64,000 nt of DNA from Vicinamibacteria bacterium (GCA_963555995.3 OY821641.1:1536001-1600000); one strand, 5' to 3'. Shown: positions 38,575 through 48,974, counted from the first letter of the stretch. Made by a program: numbers and translations. The notes: generated from the sequence alone by a model not told the origin.

Positions 38575-41319
38575 TCAGGGCTCGTCGGGTTCCACGCCCG
38601 GCTCGTCGTCGGGACCGCTTGCCGCGGGATCCAGTTGCCGCCGGAGGCGGTAGAGGAGATCGAGCGCCTCCCGGGGACTGAGCCGGTCCGGATCGCAGGA
38701 TCGCACCGCTTCGGCCACCTGGTTCTCGGCCGGTTCGAGCAGCGAGTAGGGCCCGCCCGGTTCGGGCGCGGGCAGCCGCGCCCCGCGTCCGTCGAGCCCC
38801 CCGCTGAGGCCCTCGAGCACCTCGTGCGCGCGCCGCACCACGGAGCGCGGGACCCCGGCGAGGCGCGCCACCTGGATGCCGTAGCTGCGGTTCGTTCCCC
38901 CGGGCGCCACCCGGTGCAGGAAGACGATCTCGCTCTGGTGTTCGCGCGCTTCGACGTGGAAGTTGACGACGCCGTCCTCGGCGCTGGCGAGCGCGGTCAG
39001 CTCGTGGTAGTGGGTGGCGAAGAGCGTCTTCATCCGCAGTCCGGCGTCGCGGGCGATGTGCTCGACGATGGCCCAGGCCAGCGAGAGGCCGTCGTAGGTC
39101 GCGGTGCCGCGGCCCACCTCGTCGAGCAGCACGAGGCTGCGGTTCGTGGCGTGGTGGAGGATGTGGGCCGTTTCCTCCATTTCCATGAGGAAGGTGGACC
39201 GGCCGCGCGAAAGGTCGTCGGACGCCCCGACGCGCGCGAACACCCGGTCCACCACGGGAAGGCGGGCGGACTCCGCGGGAACGAACGAGCCCATCTGCGC
39301 CATCACCGCGTGGAGCGCCGTCTGGCGCAGGAAGGTGGACTTCCCGCCCATGTTGGGCCCGGTCAGGATCATCAGGAACCGGTCCTCACCGAGGCTCAGG
39401 TCGTTGGGGACGAACTCGTCGGCGGACAGGGCTTCGACCACCGGGTGTCTCCCGCCGCGCACCTCGATCTCGAACCCCTCGTGGATTTCGGGTTTCACGT
39501 ACCGGTGGGTGATGGCGGCCTGCGCAAGACCCGCGGCGACGTCCGCTTCCGCGAGCGCGCCCGCCATGTCGAGGATTTCGCGGACGGCGTCCCCGACGTC
39601 GTCCTCGAGGGCCCGGAAGAGCGATGCCTCGAGTTCGGCGATCTTCTCGTCGGCCTGCGCCACCCGCGCCTCGAACTCCTTCAGCTCCTCGGTGACGTAG
39701 CGTTCCGCGCCCACCAGGGTCTGCCGGCGCACGTAGTCCGGCGGAACCCGGCCGGCCTGCGTCTTGGGGACCTCGATCGTGTAGCCGAAGACCTGGTTGT
39801 GCCTGATCCTGAGCGTGGTGATCCCGGTGCGCGCCTTCTCGCTGGTCTCCATGTTCCGGATGCACTCACGGCCGTGGAACCGGAGTTGCCGCAGTTCGTC
39901 GAGTTCCGGAGAAAACCCCTCCCGGATCACGCCGCCGTCGCGCGCCAGCACCGGGGCCTCCGGCGAGACCGTCTCCCGGATCCGCTCGAGCAGTTCGGGC
40001 AGTTCCCGGATCCGGGCGCCGATTTCCCGCAGGGTGGGCGCCTCGGCGGCCTCGAGCGCGGTCCGCAACGCAGAAGCGGTCCGGAGCCCGTCGGCGACCC
40101 GGAGGTATTCCCGAGGGCCGGCGATCCGGAGCGCCACGCGGGAAGCGAGCCGCTCGAGGTCGGGAGCGCCGGCGAGTGCTCCGGCGACCTCCTGCCGCAG
40201 CTTCCGGTCGCGGGTGAACGCCTCCACCGCGAGATGGCGTTCGCGAATCCGCTCCGGATCGAGCAGCGGGTGGGCAAGGCGCCGCCGCAGCAGGCGGGCG
40301 CCCATCGCGGTCGCCGTGCGGTCGAGGGTCTCGACGAGGGTGGCGCCGGGCGGAGCCCCCGACTCGGCCGACAGCGGCCGGAAGAGTTCCAGGTTCCGCT
40401 GGGTCAGGTGGTCGATCTGCATGCGCCCCGAGGTGTCGAGGCGCTTGAGGCTGCCGATGTGGTGAAGCTGGCCGCGCTGGGTCTCGGTCAGATAGCTGAT
40501 CGCGGCCCCCGCCGCGCAAACGGCGGCCGGGGTTCCCTCGACACCGAACGATTCGAGCGAGAGCGTCCCGAAGTGACGGCGCAGCGCGTCGCGGGCGTGC
40601 TCGAACTCGAACCACAGGTCGGGCCGCGCCGTGAGCAGGGGAAGGTCTCCCAGCACCGGAAGGAGGTCCCGGGGCGGGGCGCTCTCGGCGACCAGCAGTT
40701 CGCGGGGCCGGAAGCCCGCCATCGCTTCGGCGCACTCGCGCTGCCGGCCCCCTCCGGAGAACTCGGCGGCGGTGAACTCCCCGGTGGAGAGATCCACCCA
40801 CGCCGCCCCCAGCCGGGGCTTGCTCCGCGTTCCGGACTCGGCCACCACCATCAGGTAGGCGGCTTCCGGTCCCGCCAGGTAGGCCGGGTCGAGATACGTC
40901 GAAGGGGTAGCGACCCGGACGATCTCCCGCCGGACGGGTCCCTTGGAGAGGCCGGGCGGCTCCACCTGTTCGCAGACCGCAACCCGGACCCCGGCGCGGA
41001 CGAGGCGGGCGATGTACCCCTCGGCGGCGTGGTACGGAACCCCCGCCATGGGGATCGCCTTCCCTTCCGCGTCGTTCTGCCGGGAGGTGACCGCGATCCC
41101 GAGGAGTTCGCCCGCCTGCCTCGCGTCCTCGAAGAACACCTCGTAGAAGTCCCCCATGCGGAAGAACAGCATGGCGTCTTCGGCTTCCCGCTTGAGGTCG
41201 TGGTACTGCTGCATCGCGGGCGAGACGCCGCGCCCTTTCGGCTTTCCGCGCCGTGCAGCGGCCGCGGTCCCGGCCGGCGGCGGCTGAACCTCGGGGAAGA
41301 GCCGCGGGGCCGTGGTCAC
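38575..41319 (-). CDS. mutS: DNA mismatch repair protein MutS
   Basis: SPAMQQY, FRMGDFYEVF, TGPNMGGKST, STFLMEM, DEVGRGT, SYGIQVA; start moved to GTG 41319. Confidence 0.97.
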   Translation of the reverse strand: MTTAPRLFPEVQPPPAGTAAAARRGKPKGRGVSPAMQQYHDLKREAEDAMLFFRMGDFYEVFFEDARQAGELLGIAVTSRQNDAEGKAIPMAGVPYHAAEGYIARLVRAGVRVAVCEQVEPPGLSKGPVRREIVRVATPSTYLDPAYLAGPEAAYLMVVAESGTRSKPRLGAAWVDLSTGEFTAAEFSGGGRQRECAEAMAGFRPRELLVAESAPPRDLLPVLGDLPLLTARPDLWFEFEHARDALRRHFGTLSLESFGVEGTPAAVCAAGAAISYLTETQRGQLHHIGSLKRLDTSGRMQIDHLTQRNLELFRPLSAESGAPPGATLVETLDRTATAMGARLLRRRLAHPLLDPERIRERHLAVEAFTRDRKLRQEVAGALAGAPDLERLASRVALRIAGPREYLRVADGLRTASALRTALEAAEAPTLREIGARIRELPELLERIRETVSPEAPVLARDGGVIREGFSPELDELRQLRFHGRECIRNMETSEKARTGITTLRIRHNQVFGYTIEVPKTQAGRVPPDYVRRQTLVGAERYVTEELKEFEARVAQADEKIAELEASLFRALEDDVGDAVREILDMAGALAEADVAAGLAQAAITHRYVKPEIHEGFEIEVRGGRHPVVEALSADEFVPNDLSLGEDRFLMILTGPNMGGKSTFLRQTALHAVMAQMGSFVPAESARLPVVDRVFARVGASDDLSRGRSTFLMEMEETAHILHHATNRSLVLLDEVGRGTATYDGLSLAWAIVEHIARDAGLRMKTLFATHYHELTALASAEDGVVNFHVEAREHQSEIVFLHRVAPGGTNRSYGIQVARLAGVPRSVVRRAHEVLEGLSGGLDGRGARLPAPEPGGPYSLLEPAENQVAEAVRSCDPDRLSPREALDLLYRLRRQLDPAASGPDDEPGVEPDEP

Positions 41320-41363
41320 GCGGCGATTGTGCCTTGGAGTCGCCCCCTCCGGGAAGGGGGGAG

Positions 41364-41392
41364 CGGAGCGCCGGCCCCCAGCGGGCGCTCCG
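41364..41392. repeat. REP-like hairpin between divergent mutS and tsaB
   Basis: CGGAGCGCC-GGCCCCCAGCG-GGCGCTCCG; same GGAGCGCCGG head as the other REP-like units. Confidence 0.45.
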
Positions 41393-41434
41393 AATAGGAT
41401 TTCCCGCGCATTGCGAGAACGGGATTCCGGGTCC

Positions 41435-42148
41435 GTGGCGGCCGCACCGATCTCCGGGCCGGTGCTGGCCCTCGATACGACGGGCACGCTCGGCAGCGTC
41501 GCGCTGGGGTCCGCCGGCCCGGACGGCGCCGTGACCGGTGACGTCGTCGAGGCCTTCGAACCCTCGAACCTCCACGCGCGGAACCTCCTGCCCGCGATCC
41601 GCGGCCTCCTGGCGCGGGCGGGGCTCGAAACCTCGGACCTCGCCCTGGTGGTGGCGACCCGGGGACCGGGTTCGTTCACCGGACTGCGGATCGGCCTCGC
41701 CACCGCGCAGGGGTTCGCGCTGGCCGCCGGAGTCCGGGCCGCCGGGGTCTCGAGCCTGGATGCGGCCGCCCTGGCGGATGCGGCCGCGAGCCGTTCCGCG
41801 CTCCGCCGCCTGGTGGTTGTGGACGCGCTACGGGGGGAACTCTTCGCCGCCCTCTACGAGGGGGCCGGTCCCGACGCCCTCGTCCGGGGGCCCTGCCGCC
41901 TGCTCCCGGAAGACGCCGCGCGCCGGGCCGCGGAGCACGGGGCCGCCCGGATCTGCGGACCGGCGGTGCGGCGCTACCGCGGCGCGATCGGCCGAGGGCG
42001 CCCGGACATCGAGATCGTGGAGGACCGGCGGGCGCTCGCGCCGGCCGCGCTCCGTCTGGGGCTTCAGGCGGCGCGCCGCGGGGAAACCACCCTGGAGCCG
42101 CTCTACCTCCGGGAACCGGACATCCACGGCCGTTCCGTTACGCTATAG
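41435..42148 (+). CDS. tsaB: tRNA threonylcarbamoyladenosine biosynthesis protein TsaB
   Basis: VLALDTTG, GPGSFTGLRIG, DALRGE, EPLYLR; start uncertain (41411, 41435 or 41462). Confidence 0.9.
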   Translation: MAAAPISGPVLALDTTGTLGSVALGSAGPDGAVTGDVVEAFEPSNLHARNLLPAIRGLLARAGLETSDLALVVATRGPGSFTGLRIGLATAQGFALAAGVRAAGVSSLDAAALADAAASRSALRRLVVVDALRGELFAALYEGAGPDALVRGPCRLLPEDAARRAAEHGAARICGPAVRRYRGAIGRGRPDIEIVEDRRALAPAALRLGLQAARRGETTLEPLYLREPDIHGRSVTL

Positions 42149-42155
42149 CTGCTTG

Positions 42156-42304
42156 CAACCTGTGGAAAAAGTCACGCGGCCCTCATCGTTGCGTTTCGGG
42201 AATGCATCCCGGCCGGTCCTCCCGGCAGGGGTTTCTCCCTCGCGGGGCGCCCGCGCCGGGACAACCGGCGTTCCCGGCGCCCGCGTCGCTTTCTCCACGG
42301 GCGG
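42156..42304 (-). mobile_element. Degenerate, shortened relative of the 181-bp element
   Basis: CAACCTGTGGAAAAAGTCACGCGG...CCGCGTCGCTTTCTCCACGGGCGG ends; contains CGTTGCGTTTCGG and a segment matching the copy-3 left arm. Confidence 0.6.
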
Positions 42305-42367
42305 CTCGGTGATGTTTGTCCGAGGCGGTTCCGGACCCGCGGTCCGGACGGCCTGGTGGAGGCCTTC

Positions 42368-42613
42368 ATGAAACACCAAGATGAGATCGAGACGGAACCC
42401 CGCGCATCGGCCGGGCCGGAGCCGGCAGCCCCGGCCGCGGCGGCGCCCGATCTTGAGGAATTGGTCCGGAAACACCGGGAACTCGACGAACAGCTCGAGG
42501 AACTCACCAGGTACGGCCACCTCTCTCCCCTCCAGCAGCACGAAGCCGCGGTCATGAAGAAGCGCAAACTGGCCCTCAAGGACCGGATCGCCGCGCTCGC
42601 GGCCTCGTCGTGA
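42368..42613 (+). CDS. DUF465/YdcH-family small coiled-coil protein
   Basis: HRELDEQL...KKRKLALKDRI; SD GGAGG. Confidence 0.8.
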   Translation: MKHQDEIETEPRASAGPEPAAPAAAAPDLEELVRKHRELDEQLEELTRYGHLSPLQQHEAAVMKKRKLALKDRIAALAASS

Positions 42614-42672
42614 CGGTCTGGAACGACGGACTGGAACGACCGACCTGACGCGGCACCCGGCCGCACGGGCGC

Positions 42673-43314
42673 ATGAGACTGCCGATCGCCCCGGAGGGCA
42701 GGGTGTTCGTGGCGGTCCCGCTCCTCGCGGCCATCCTCGCGCTCGCCGCGGCCGGCGCCGGCGGCGAGGCCTTCGCCTGGGCCGGCGGGGCGCTGTTCGC
42801 CGGCGCCGGGTTCTGCGCGTTTTTCTTCCGGGATCCGGAGCGGCGTCCGCCCCGTGATGCGGCGGTACTCACCGCTCCCGCGGACGGCCGCGTCACCGAA
42901 GCCGGACCCGCGGACGAAGGCGAGCCGGGGACCCAGCGCGTGAGCATTTTCCTCTCGATCTTCGACGTCCACATCAACCGGGCGCCGGCCGCGGGGGAGG
43001 TGCGGGCCGTGCGCTATCGTCAGGGCGCGTTCCGGGCGGCCTTCCGGAGAGACGCCGCCGAGCGGAACGAGCGGAACGAGTTGGAGATGACCACCGAGCG
43101 GGGCACGATCCGGATACGCCAGATCGCCGGAGTCGTCGCCCGGCGCATCGTGTGCCGGGTCCGGGCCGGAGACCGGCTCGCGCTGGGCGAGCGCTTCGGA
43201 CTGATCCGTTTCGGCTCGAGGACCGATCTGCTCCTGCCGCCGGGGGTCACCCTTTCGGTTCGTTCCGGAGACCGGGTGCGCGGCGGGCTGAGCGTCATCG
43301 GGAAGTGGGAATGA
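42673..43314 (+). CDS. psd: Phosphatidylserine decarboxylase proenzyme
   Basis: FFFRDPER, APADG, IFLSIFDVHINR, QIAG, RFGSR self-cleavage site. Confidence 0.93.
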   Translation: MRLPIAPEGRVFVAVPLLAAILALAAAGAGGEAFAWAGGALFAGAGFCAFFFRDPERRPPRDAAVLTAPADGRVTEAGPADEGEPGTQRVSIFLSIFDVHINRAPAAGEVRAVRYRQGAFRAAFRRDAAERNERNELEMTTERGTIRIRQIAGVVARRIVCRVRAGDRLALGERFGLIRFGSRTDLLLPPGVTLSVRSGDRVRGGLSVIGKWE

Positions 43315-44126
43315 AACGCCAGCGACTCCGGACGCGCCGGGGAGTGTTCCTGCTTCCGGCCGTGTTCACCGTCGGCAACATTTTCCTGGGCTTTTTCTCC
43401 ATCGTGCAGAGCTTCCGCGGGGAGTTCGGCAGCGCCGGACTCATCATCGGGTTCGCCATCCTCGCGGACGTGGTGGACGGCCGGGTGGCCCGGTTCGCCG
43501 GCGCCGCCAGCGAGTTCGGCCGTGAACTGGATTCCCTCGCGGACGTGGTTTCCTTCGGAGTGGCGCCGGCGGTGCTGGCGTACGCGTGGGTTCTCTATCG
43601 CTGGCCGCAGACCGGATGGCTGGTGGCCGCACTGTTCACGATCTGCGCCGCCGTCCGTCTCGCCCGGTTCAACGTAGGGCGGTTGAGCACCGATCCCCGC
43701 TACTACACGGGGATGTCGTCGCCGGCCGCGGCGGCGGTGGTCGGGGCGGTGACCTACTGGCATCCGGCGCCGCCCGGGAACTCGCTGGCCGCGGCGGCCT
43801 GCCTCTTTGGAACCCTCGGGCTCGCCCTGCTGATGAACAGTCCGGTGCGCTACCCGAGCTTCAAGAACCAGACCGGACGAAAGCCCCAGTCCCACCGGAT
43901 GCTGGTCGTGCTGGCGGTGTTCATCGTGGCCACGATCGCGGAACCGGTGGCGATGTTCCTGGTTCTCGCCTTCGGATACGCGGCCTCGCCGCTGATCCGC
44001 GGGGTTCGCGGACTGGGCGGCCGGCTGGTCCGCTCGTCGTCGAGCGGTTCACCGAAGCCGGACCGGGTGGCGTTGGGGCGCGCCGGCCCTCGGGGAAGCG
44101 GGGACCGCCCGGCGGACCCTCCTTAA
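43311..44126 (+). CDS. pssA: CDP-diacylglycerol--serine O-phosphatidyltransferase
   Basis: DVVDGRVAR...SEFGRELDSLADVVSFGVAPA, RLARFN; ATGA overlap with psd. Confidence 0.93.
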   Translation: MKRQRLRTRRGVFLLPAVFTVGNIFLGFFSIVQSFRGEFGSAGLIIGFAILADVVDGRVARFAGAASEFGRELDSLADVVSFGVAPAVLAYAWVLYRWPQTGWLVAALFTICAAVRLARFNVGRLSTDPRYYTGMSSPAAAAVVGAVTYWHPAPPGNSLAAAACLFGTLGLALLMNSPVRYPSFKNQTGRKPQSHRMLVVLAVFIVATIAEPVAMFLVLAFGYAASPLIRGVRGLGGRLVRSSSSGSPKPDRVALGRAGPRGSGDRPADPP

Positions 44127-44308
44127 CAGCCTGTGGCAAAACCCTCGCGGCGTTCGACGGGCGATGCATCCCGGCTGAACCGCGCCTCTGCGAGGCGCTC
44201 TGCGTTGCGTTTCGGTCGGAATACACCCGGTATTCCTCCCTCACGCGCCTTGTCAGCCGGGCGCCTCGCCCGTCTCGGCGCTCACGTGGGTTTCACCACA
44301 GGCTGTTA
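44124..44308 (-). mobile_element. 181-bp TA-flanked palindromic element, copy 2 (inverted)
   Basis: TA-ACAGCCTGTGG...CCACAGGCTGT-TA; begins at the pssA TAA stop. Confidence 0.85.
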
Positions 44309-44350
44309 ACTGGCCGCAAGGACTCCGGCCCCCGCGGGAGCGGGCGCCGC

Positions 44351-44845
44351 TCACCGGGTCCAGGCGGTGAACTCGCGAATCTGCCACCGGGGGGGCGAAC
44401 CGGCCGCCGGCTCGGCCGCGACCCGTTCCAGACCGATCCGAAAGGACTCCACCACGTAGCGGTCGGTGCCGGTGGCCATGCTGGTCCACTCGGGAACGAA
44501 CAGGACGTAGCCGCCGTCCGCGGAGCGGCGGATGGAGGGCGGCCGCTCCTGGTAGCCGATCGGCGTGCGGTTCCGGAAGAACCGTTCCAGCCCGCGTCGC
44601 AGTTCATCCCCGGAAGCGCTGCGGCGGGTTTCCCCGGCGAGCGCCACGAGCGCCCAACCCGACGGATAGAGACCCTCGAGATGGCCGGCGTCGGACTCTT
44701 CGAACGCAAGCCGGAACCGCCCGAGAATCGCTTCGAGATCGTCCGGAGGCGGTGGGGCGGGAGCGCACATCGCGCACGCGACGATCGTCGCGGCAAGCAA
44801 CCGGACGATCCGGGGTGCGCCCCGTGTCCCGCGGTTGACGCTCAT
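44351..44845 (-). CDS. Exported hypothetical protein, possibly NTF2/SnoaL-like
   Basis: Signal peptide; LEAILGRFRLAFEESDAGHLEGLY...WQIREF pattern; ATGA-coupled to the sensor kinase. Confidence 0.6.
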   Translation of the reverse strand: MSVNRGTRGAPRIVRLLAATIVACAMCAPAPPPPDDLEAILGRFRLAFEESDAGHLEGLYPSGWALVALAGETRRSASGDELRRGLERFFRNRTPIGYQERPPSIRRSADGGYVLFVPEWTSMATGTDRYVVESFRIGLERVAAEPAAGSPPRWQIREFTAWTR

Positions 44846-47800
44846 CCCGCCTCCTTCTCGCGCGGGCCGTCCACCGGAAGCTCCACGACCAGGAGCAGGC
44901 CGGACCGGCGCTCGGCGCGGGCGCGGGCGCTGACTTGCCCCCCGTGGGCCTCGGTGAAGCGGCGGGCGTTCGCGAGCCCGAGCCCCGATCCCCGGGTCCT
45001 GGTGGAGAAGGCGGCGTCGAAGATCCGTTCGCGGAGTCCCTTCGGGACGCCGGGGCCGTTGTCCTCCACCTCGATGCGGATCCATCGGTCCCGGCGAACC
45101 GGGCGCACCCGCACCGAGACCTCCGCCTCCTCCGGCGGGATCTCGGGAAAGTCGAGGGTGGCCTCGAGCGCGTTCTGCAGGAGGTTCTCGACGATCCGCG
45201 CCACGATCTCGGGATCAACCCGCGCCGCCGGGGTCGGTGAGCCCTGGAAACGGACCCGCGGCCGCGCGTGGGGGCGCCGATACGGGCCGACGGTGTCCTC
45301 GACCAGCTTCGTCACGTCGGTTTCCCGGAGCCGAAGCGGGGCTCCGAGAGCGGAAAACTCCGAAGAGATGCGCCGGAGACGCTCCACCTGATCGAGGATT
45401 TCGGAGACGCCTTCATCCACCGCCGCCTGCGGGTCCCGGCCGCGGGGTTCCCTGAACACCCGCCGGATGTAGTCCGCCGCCAGTCCGATCGGGGCGAGGG
45501 CGTTCTTGACGTCGTGGGCGACGCGTCTTGCCAGATCGGCCGCCGCCTCCTCGCGCATCTGCCGGCGGACATCGGGAATCCGCCGCACCAGCCGTTCCAC
45601 GCTGGCCGCGAGCAGGCGCAGTTCGGTCAGCGTGCCGTGCACGGGCACCCGGGCCTGGAGATCGCCATCGGCAATCCGGCCGGTCGCGCGCGCCAGCCCC
45701 CGCACCGGGGCGGCCAGGCGCCGCGCGACCAGCGCGGGCAGCACGATCGCGAAGATCAGCGCCAGCGACCCGCTCCCGAGAATGAGGGTCCGCTGGATGG
45801 CCCGGACGCTCTCGAGGCGGGCGGCCTCGTCCGCCGGCAGCGGGACGGCGAGAAGCAGGGGGCCGTGCAGGCGGGCGGGGGTGTCGAGGTGGATCCAGAC
45901 GATCCGATACCGGAGCGGGCCGGCGTCCTGGATGCTCAGGAACGGATCGGGTGAGGCGGTGGGCAGGATCGCCGCGGGCGGAGGTCGTGGCGGGAGGAGT
46001 CCCGTCTGCGCCAGTTCGGGACGGCTGACCGCAACCAGTTCCCCGCCGTTGTAGAGCGCGGCATCGGTATCGAGCTGGTCGGCCGCCTGGGCGAGGCGCA
46101 GGGCGAGTTCCTCCCGCGGAATGAGCGGATCGAGGGCGGCGAGTTCCTGCGCCACGCGCCGCACCGAAAACGACCGGGAGACGGCTTCCCGGTCGCTGGC
46201 GGACTCGAGGAGGACGCCGAGGCGCTGCTGCGCGAAGACCGCGACGCCCAGCATCGCGATGAGGACGGCCGCGGCGAGCGCCTCCGTCAACTGCATCTGG
46301 AAACTCCGCCTCCGGAACCGGCCCTCCCGATGCGGGAAGACGAGGCGGGCGCGCGCGGCGACCGCGACCAGCAGTGCGATCAGGGCGGCCAGGAAGCCCC
46401 AGCCGAGCAGCGCGCCGGCGTGGTCGGCGAGTCCGGTCCGCCGCCAGGAGACGACGAAGGGCTCGCCATGTACCAGGACACCGAGCTCGACCCGCCGTTC
46501 GCCGCGTTCCGGGGGCAGGGAAGAGCGGCGGCTGAGCCGGAGGTCTCTGCCGCGAAACACGGCGGGGGCCGCGTCGCCGCGCAACAGGAAGTGATCCGCG
46601 ATCCCCGCGGCCCGGGGCAGGAAGGGAATCTCCGACGCCCGGTCGGCGACCCGGAGGGTCACGCTGGCCCCCGAAGGGAACTGGCGCTCGGTCTCCAGGA
46701 CGGCCTCGATGCCGGAGGCCGCCTCGCATTCGGGGATGGGACTCCAGCGAGGGGGGGAGGGAGCGGAGGACGGAGGATCGGGCCGCCGGGGCAGGCCCAC
46801 CCCGAAGCGGGAGCGCTCACCACCGGGTCCCCGAACCTCCAGCGCGCTCGCCACCGTCAACCGGGGCAGCCCGGTCGAGAGCCACAGCCGGTAGGCGCTG
46901 TCCGGACGAAGTTGCGCGAGGGAAGCGGCTTCGCCGTCGAGCGTGCGCGTCGCTTCCTCCAGCGCGTGGCAGACCGCGAAGCGGTGTCTCAGGGCCTGGA
47001 GCGGGGCTGCGTCCGCCGCGTAGCGCTGCCGGACGTTGTCCTCGTGCCACGCCATCGCCGGGTAGAGAAGGACCCCCGGGACGGCGAAGAGCAGGAAGGC
47101 CACGAGGAAGGAGAAGCCGGGCTCATGGGCGACGAGCGGTTGCCGGAGGTGCCTGAGGGACAGCCGTCCGCGGCGCCAGAAAACCACCGAGGCGCCGGCC
47201 AGCAAGGGAAGCCCGGCAAACAGGAAGGAACCGCCCGGCAGGAATGCGACCGAAACGGCAACGACCGCGGCGGCGGTCACCAGTACCGGAACTTCCAGCC
47301 GGAGGAGACTCTGGAGGAGGAGCAGGAGTCCGGCGAGGGCGAGAAGCAGGGCGGCCCAGCCGAGGACTTCCGGCCACCGGGTATGGAGCGTCCAGGTCGG
47401 GGTGAGCGGCGCGCCGCCCGAGAACCCGGCGCTGCGGACGAGGGCGGCGGCCAGGACCGCCGCTCCGCCGGCGCCGAGGCCGCGCAGCAGGGCATGGATC
47501 CCTCCCGGTGTCCTGCTGCCGGAGCCGGGGCGGAGCCGGATGGCGACGATACGCGCCGAAGCCAGCACGGCTGCCGCGGTGACGACCGCCATGAGCGGCG
47601 AGTCGCCCAGCACCGGCAGCAGGGGCGCGTCCGAGAGGAAAGCCGGAAGCGCGGCGCCGGGTCCCGACGGGAGGGTTCCGAGCAGCGCGGCGAAACCGAA
47701 GGTCAGCGTCCAGATCGCCCCCAGCGTACCGAGGTCTCCGGAGCGCCGGAGAGCGGGAAGAGCGGCCAGGATGCCGAGCAGGAGCGCCAGGGTCGCGTAG

Positions 47801-48786
47801 AGCGCGGCCTCGGCTTCGCGTTCCGCGCGGCGCGCGGCCGCCGGGGCCACGGCAGTGCTGGCGGCGCCGAGCAACTGACCGTCGTAGGCCCGGAGGGCGA
47901 AGTAGTAGCGCTGCGCATCCCCGGCGCCGTCCACGAAACGGTCGCCGCGGCGCTCGAAGAGCTGCGCCAGCGCCGCGAGGTCGGCGGCGCCATCCACGAA
48001 CTGCGTCTCGATCCCTCGTCCGGCGGCGAACTCGAGCGCCGAGAGCGGGGCGGCGCCCGAGGAGGGGGGGGACGCCTCCCGGACGGGCACCTCCACGGTG
48101 ACCACCCCGAGCAGGTTCCGGGTGCATTCGGCGGCGGCCAGGTAGCCGCGCCGACCCCCCTCGCTGTACACGAAGAGCGGAAACGCCGGATCGGGGCAGC
48201 GCTCTTCGCGGACTCCGTCGGGGAACACCCCGGAGAGGGCGGCTTCGAAGTCCGGGTTGCCTCCCGACCACGCCACCGGACGCAACTGCCGGTCGTAGAG
48301 GGTCGCGCCACCGTCGCCGATCCCGGTTCCAGGGAGCGCCCACTCGGAGAGCGCGCGGAAGGCGCGGGCCTCCGTGCCGCCCGCATCCGAGCCTTCCAGC
48401 GCGGCGGCCACCGGCGCCGTCCGCGCGACCAGGTAAGCGGCATCCCCCACCTCCCGGGTGAGGTCGGCGAGAAAGGCGTCCACCCGGTCCGCCGCCCGGG
48501 AAGCGGACTCCGGGCCCGCGGTGATCGTCCGGCTGAGCGGAAGGCGGCACGAAAGCGCCACCAGGGCGGCGGCAGCCAGGCTCAGGGCAATTCGCCGGCT
48601 GCCGGGAGGCAGGAGGTCACGCCGGACCAGGGCGAAGAGGAACAGCAGCGCGGTGGCTGCCGTCAGCGTGGTGTGGACGGCGCCCGGGAAGGCGGCGAAC
48701 CGGTTGGCGGCGTCGGCAAGGGCGGCCCCGAACGCCGCGAAGGCGCCAGCGACCAACAGGAGCGGCGGCAGACGATCGGTCTTCAT
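44842..48786 (-). CDS. Very large multi-TM HAMP sensor histidine kinase (NtrY-like kinase core)
   Basis: HAMP domain; H-box ARRVAHDVKNALAPI, N-box NLLQNALEA, DNGPG, GSGLGL; start ATG 48786. Confidence 0.88.
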   Translation of the reverse strand: MKTDRLPPLLLVAGAFAAFGAALADAANRFAAFPGAVHTTLTAATALLFLFALVRRDLLPPGSRRIALSLAAAALVALSCRLPLSRTITAGPESASRAADRVDAFLADLTREVGDAAYLVARTAPVAAALEGSDAGGTEARAFRALSEWALPGTGIGDGGATLYDRQLRPVAWSGGNPDFEAALSGVFPDGVREERCPDPAFPLFVYSEGGRRGYLAAAECTRNLLGVVTVEVPVREASPPSSGAAPLSALEFAAGRGIETQFVDGAADLAALAQLFERRGDRFVDGAGDAQRYYFALRAYDGQLLGAASTAVAPAAARRAEREAEAALYATLALLLGILAALPALRRSGDLGTLGAIWTLTFGFAALLGTLPSGPGAALPAFLSDAPLLPVLGDSPLMAVVTAAAVLASARIVAIRLRPGSGSRTPGGIHALLRGLGAGGAAVLAAALVRSAGFSGGAPLTPTWTLHTRWPEVLGWAALLLALAGLLLLLQSLLRLEVPVLVTAAAVVAVSVAFLPGGSFLFAGLPLLAGASVVFWRRGRLSLRHLRQPLVAHEPGFSFLVAFLLFAVPGVLLYPAMAWHEDNVRQRYAADAAPLQALRHRFAVCHALEEATRTLDGEAASLAQLRPDSAYRLWLSTGLPRLTVASALEVRGPGGERSRFGVGLPRRPDPPSSAPSPPRWSPIPECEAASGIEAVLETERQFPSGASVTLRVADRASEIPFLPRAAGIADHFLLRGDAAPAVFRGRDLRLSRRSSLPPERGERRVELGVLVHGEPFVVSWRRTGLADHAGALLGWGFLAALIALLVAVAARARLVFPHREGRFRRRSFQMQLTEALAAAVLIAMLGVAVFAQQRLGVLLESASDREAVSRSFSVRRVAQELAALDPLIPREELALRLAQAADQLDTDAALYNGGELVAVSRPELAQTGLLPPRPPPAAILPTASPDPFLSIQDAGPLRYRIVWIHLDTPARLHGPLLLAVPLPADEAARLESVRAIQRTLILGSGSLALIFAIVLPALVARRLAAPVRGLARATGRIADGDLQARVPVHGTLTELRLLAASVERLVRRIPDVRRQMREEAAADLARRVAHDVKNALAPIGLAADYIRRVFREPRGRDPQAAVDEGVSEILDQVERLRRISSEFSALGAPLRLRETDVTKLVEDTVGPYRRPHARPRVRFQGSPTPAARVDPEIVARIVENLLQNALEATLDFPEIPPEEAEVSVRVRPVRRDRWIRIEVEDNGPGVPKGLRERIFDAAFSTRTRGSGLGLANARRFTEAHGGQVSARARAERRSGLLLVVELPVDGPREKEAG

Positions 48787-48789
48787 GCC

Positions 48790-48974
48790 TAGCAGCCTGT
48801 GGATGAAGTGACGTGAGCACCGAGAACGCCGGGGCGCCCGGCTGACAAGGCGCGTGAGGGAGGAATACCGAATGTATTCCGACCGAAACGCAACGCAGAG
48901 CGCCTCGTAGAGGCGCGGTTCAGGCGGGATGCATCGGCGTTCGAATGCCGCGTTACTTTGTCCACAGGCTGCTA
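48790..48974 (+). mobile_element. 181-bp TA-flanked palindromic element, copy 3
   Basis: TA-GCAGCCTGTGG...CCACAGGCTGC-TA within a CTAG context; same length as copies 1 and 2. Confidence 0.85.

Noticed and set aside
42156-42304. 6S RNA-like long hairpin
   Set aside because: Ends and internal segments match the 181-bp repeat family, so a degenerate copy explains it better.
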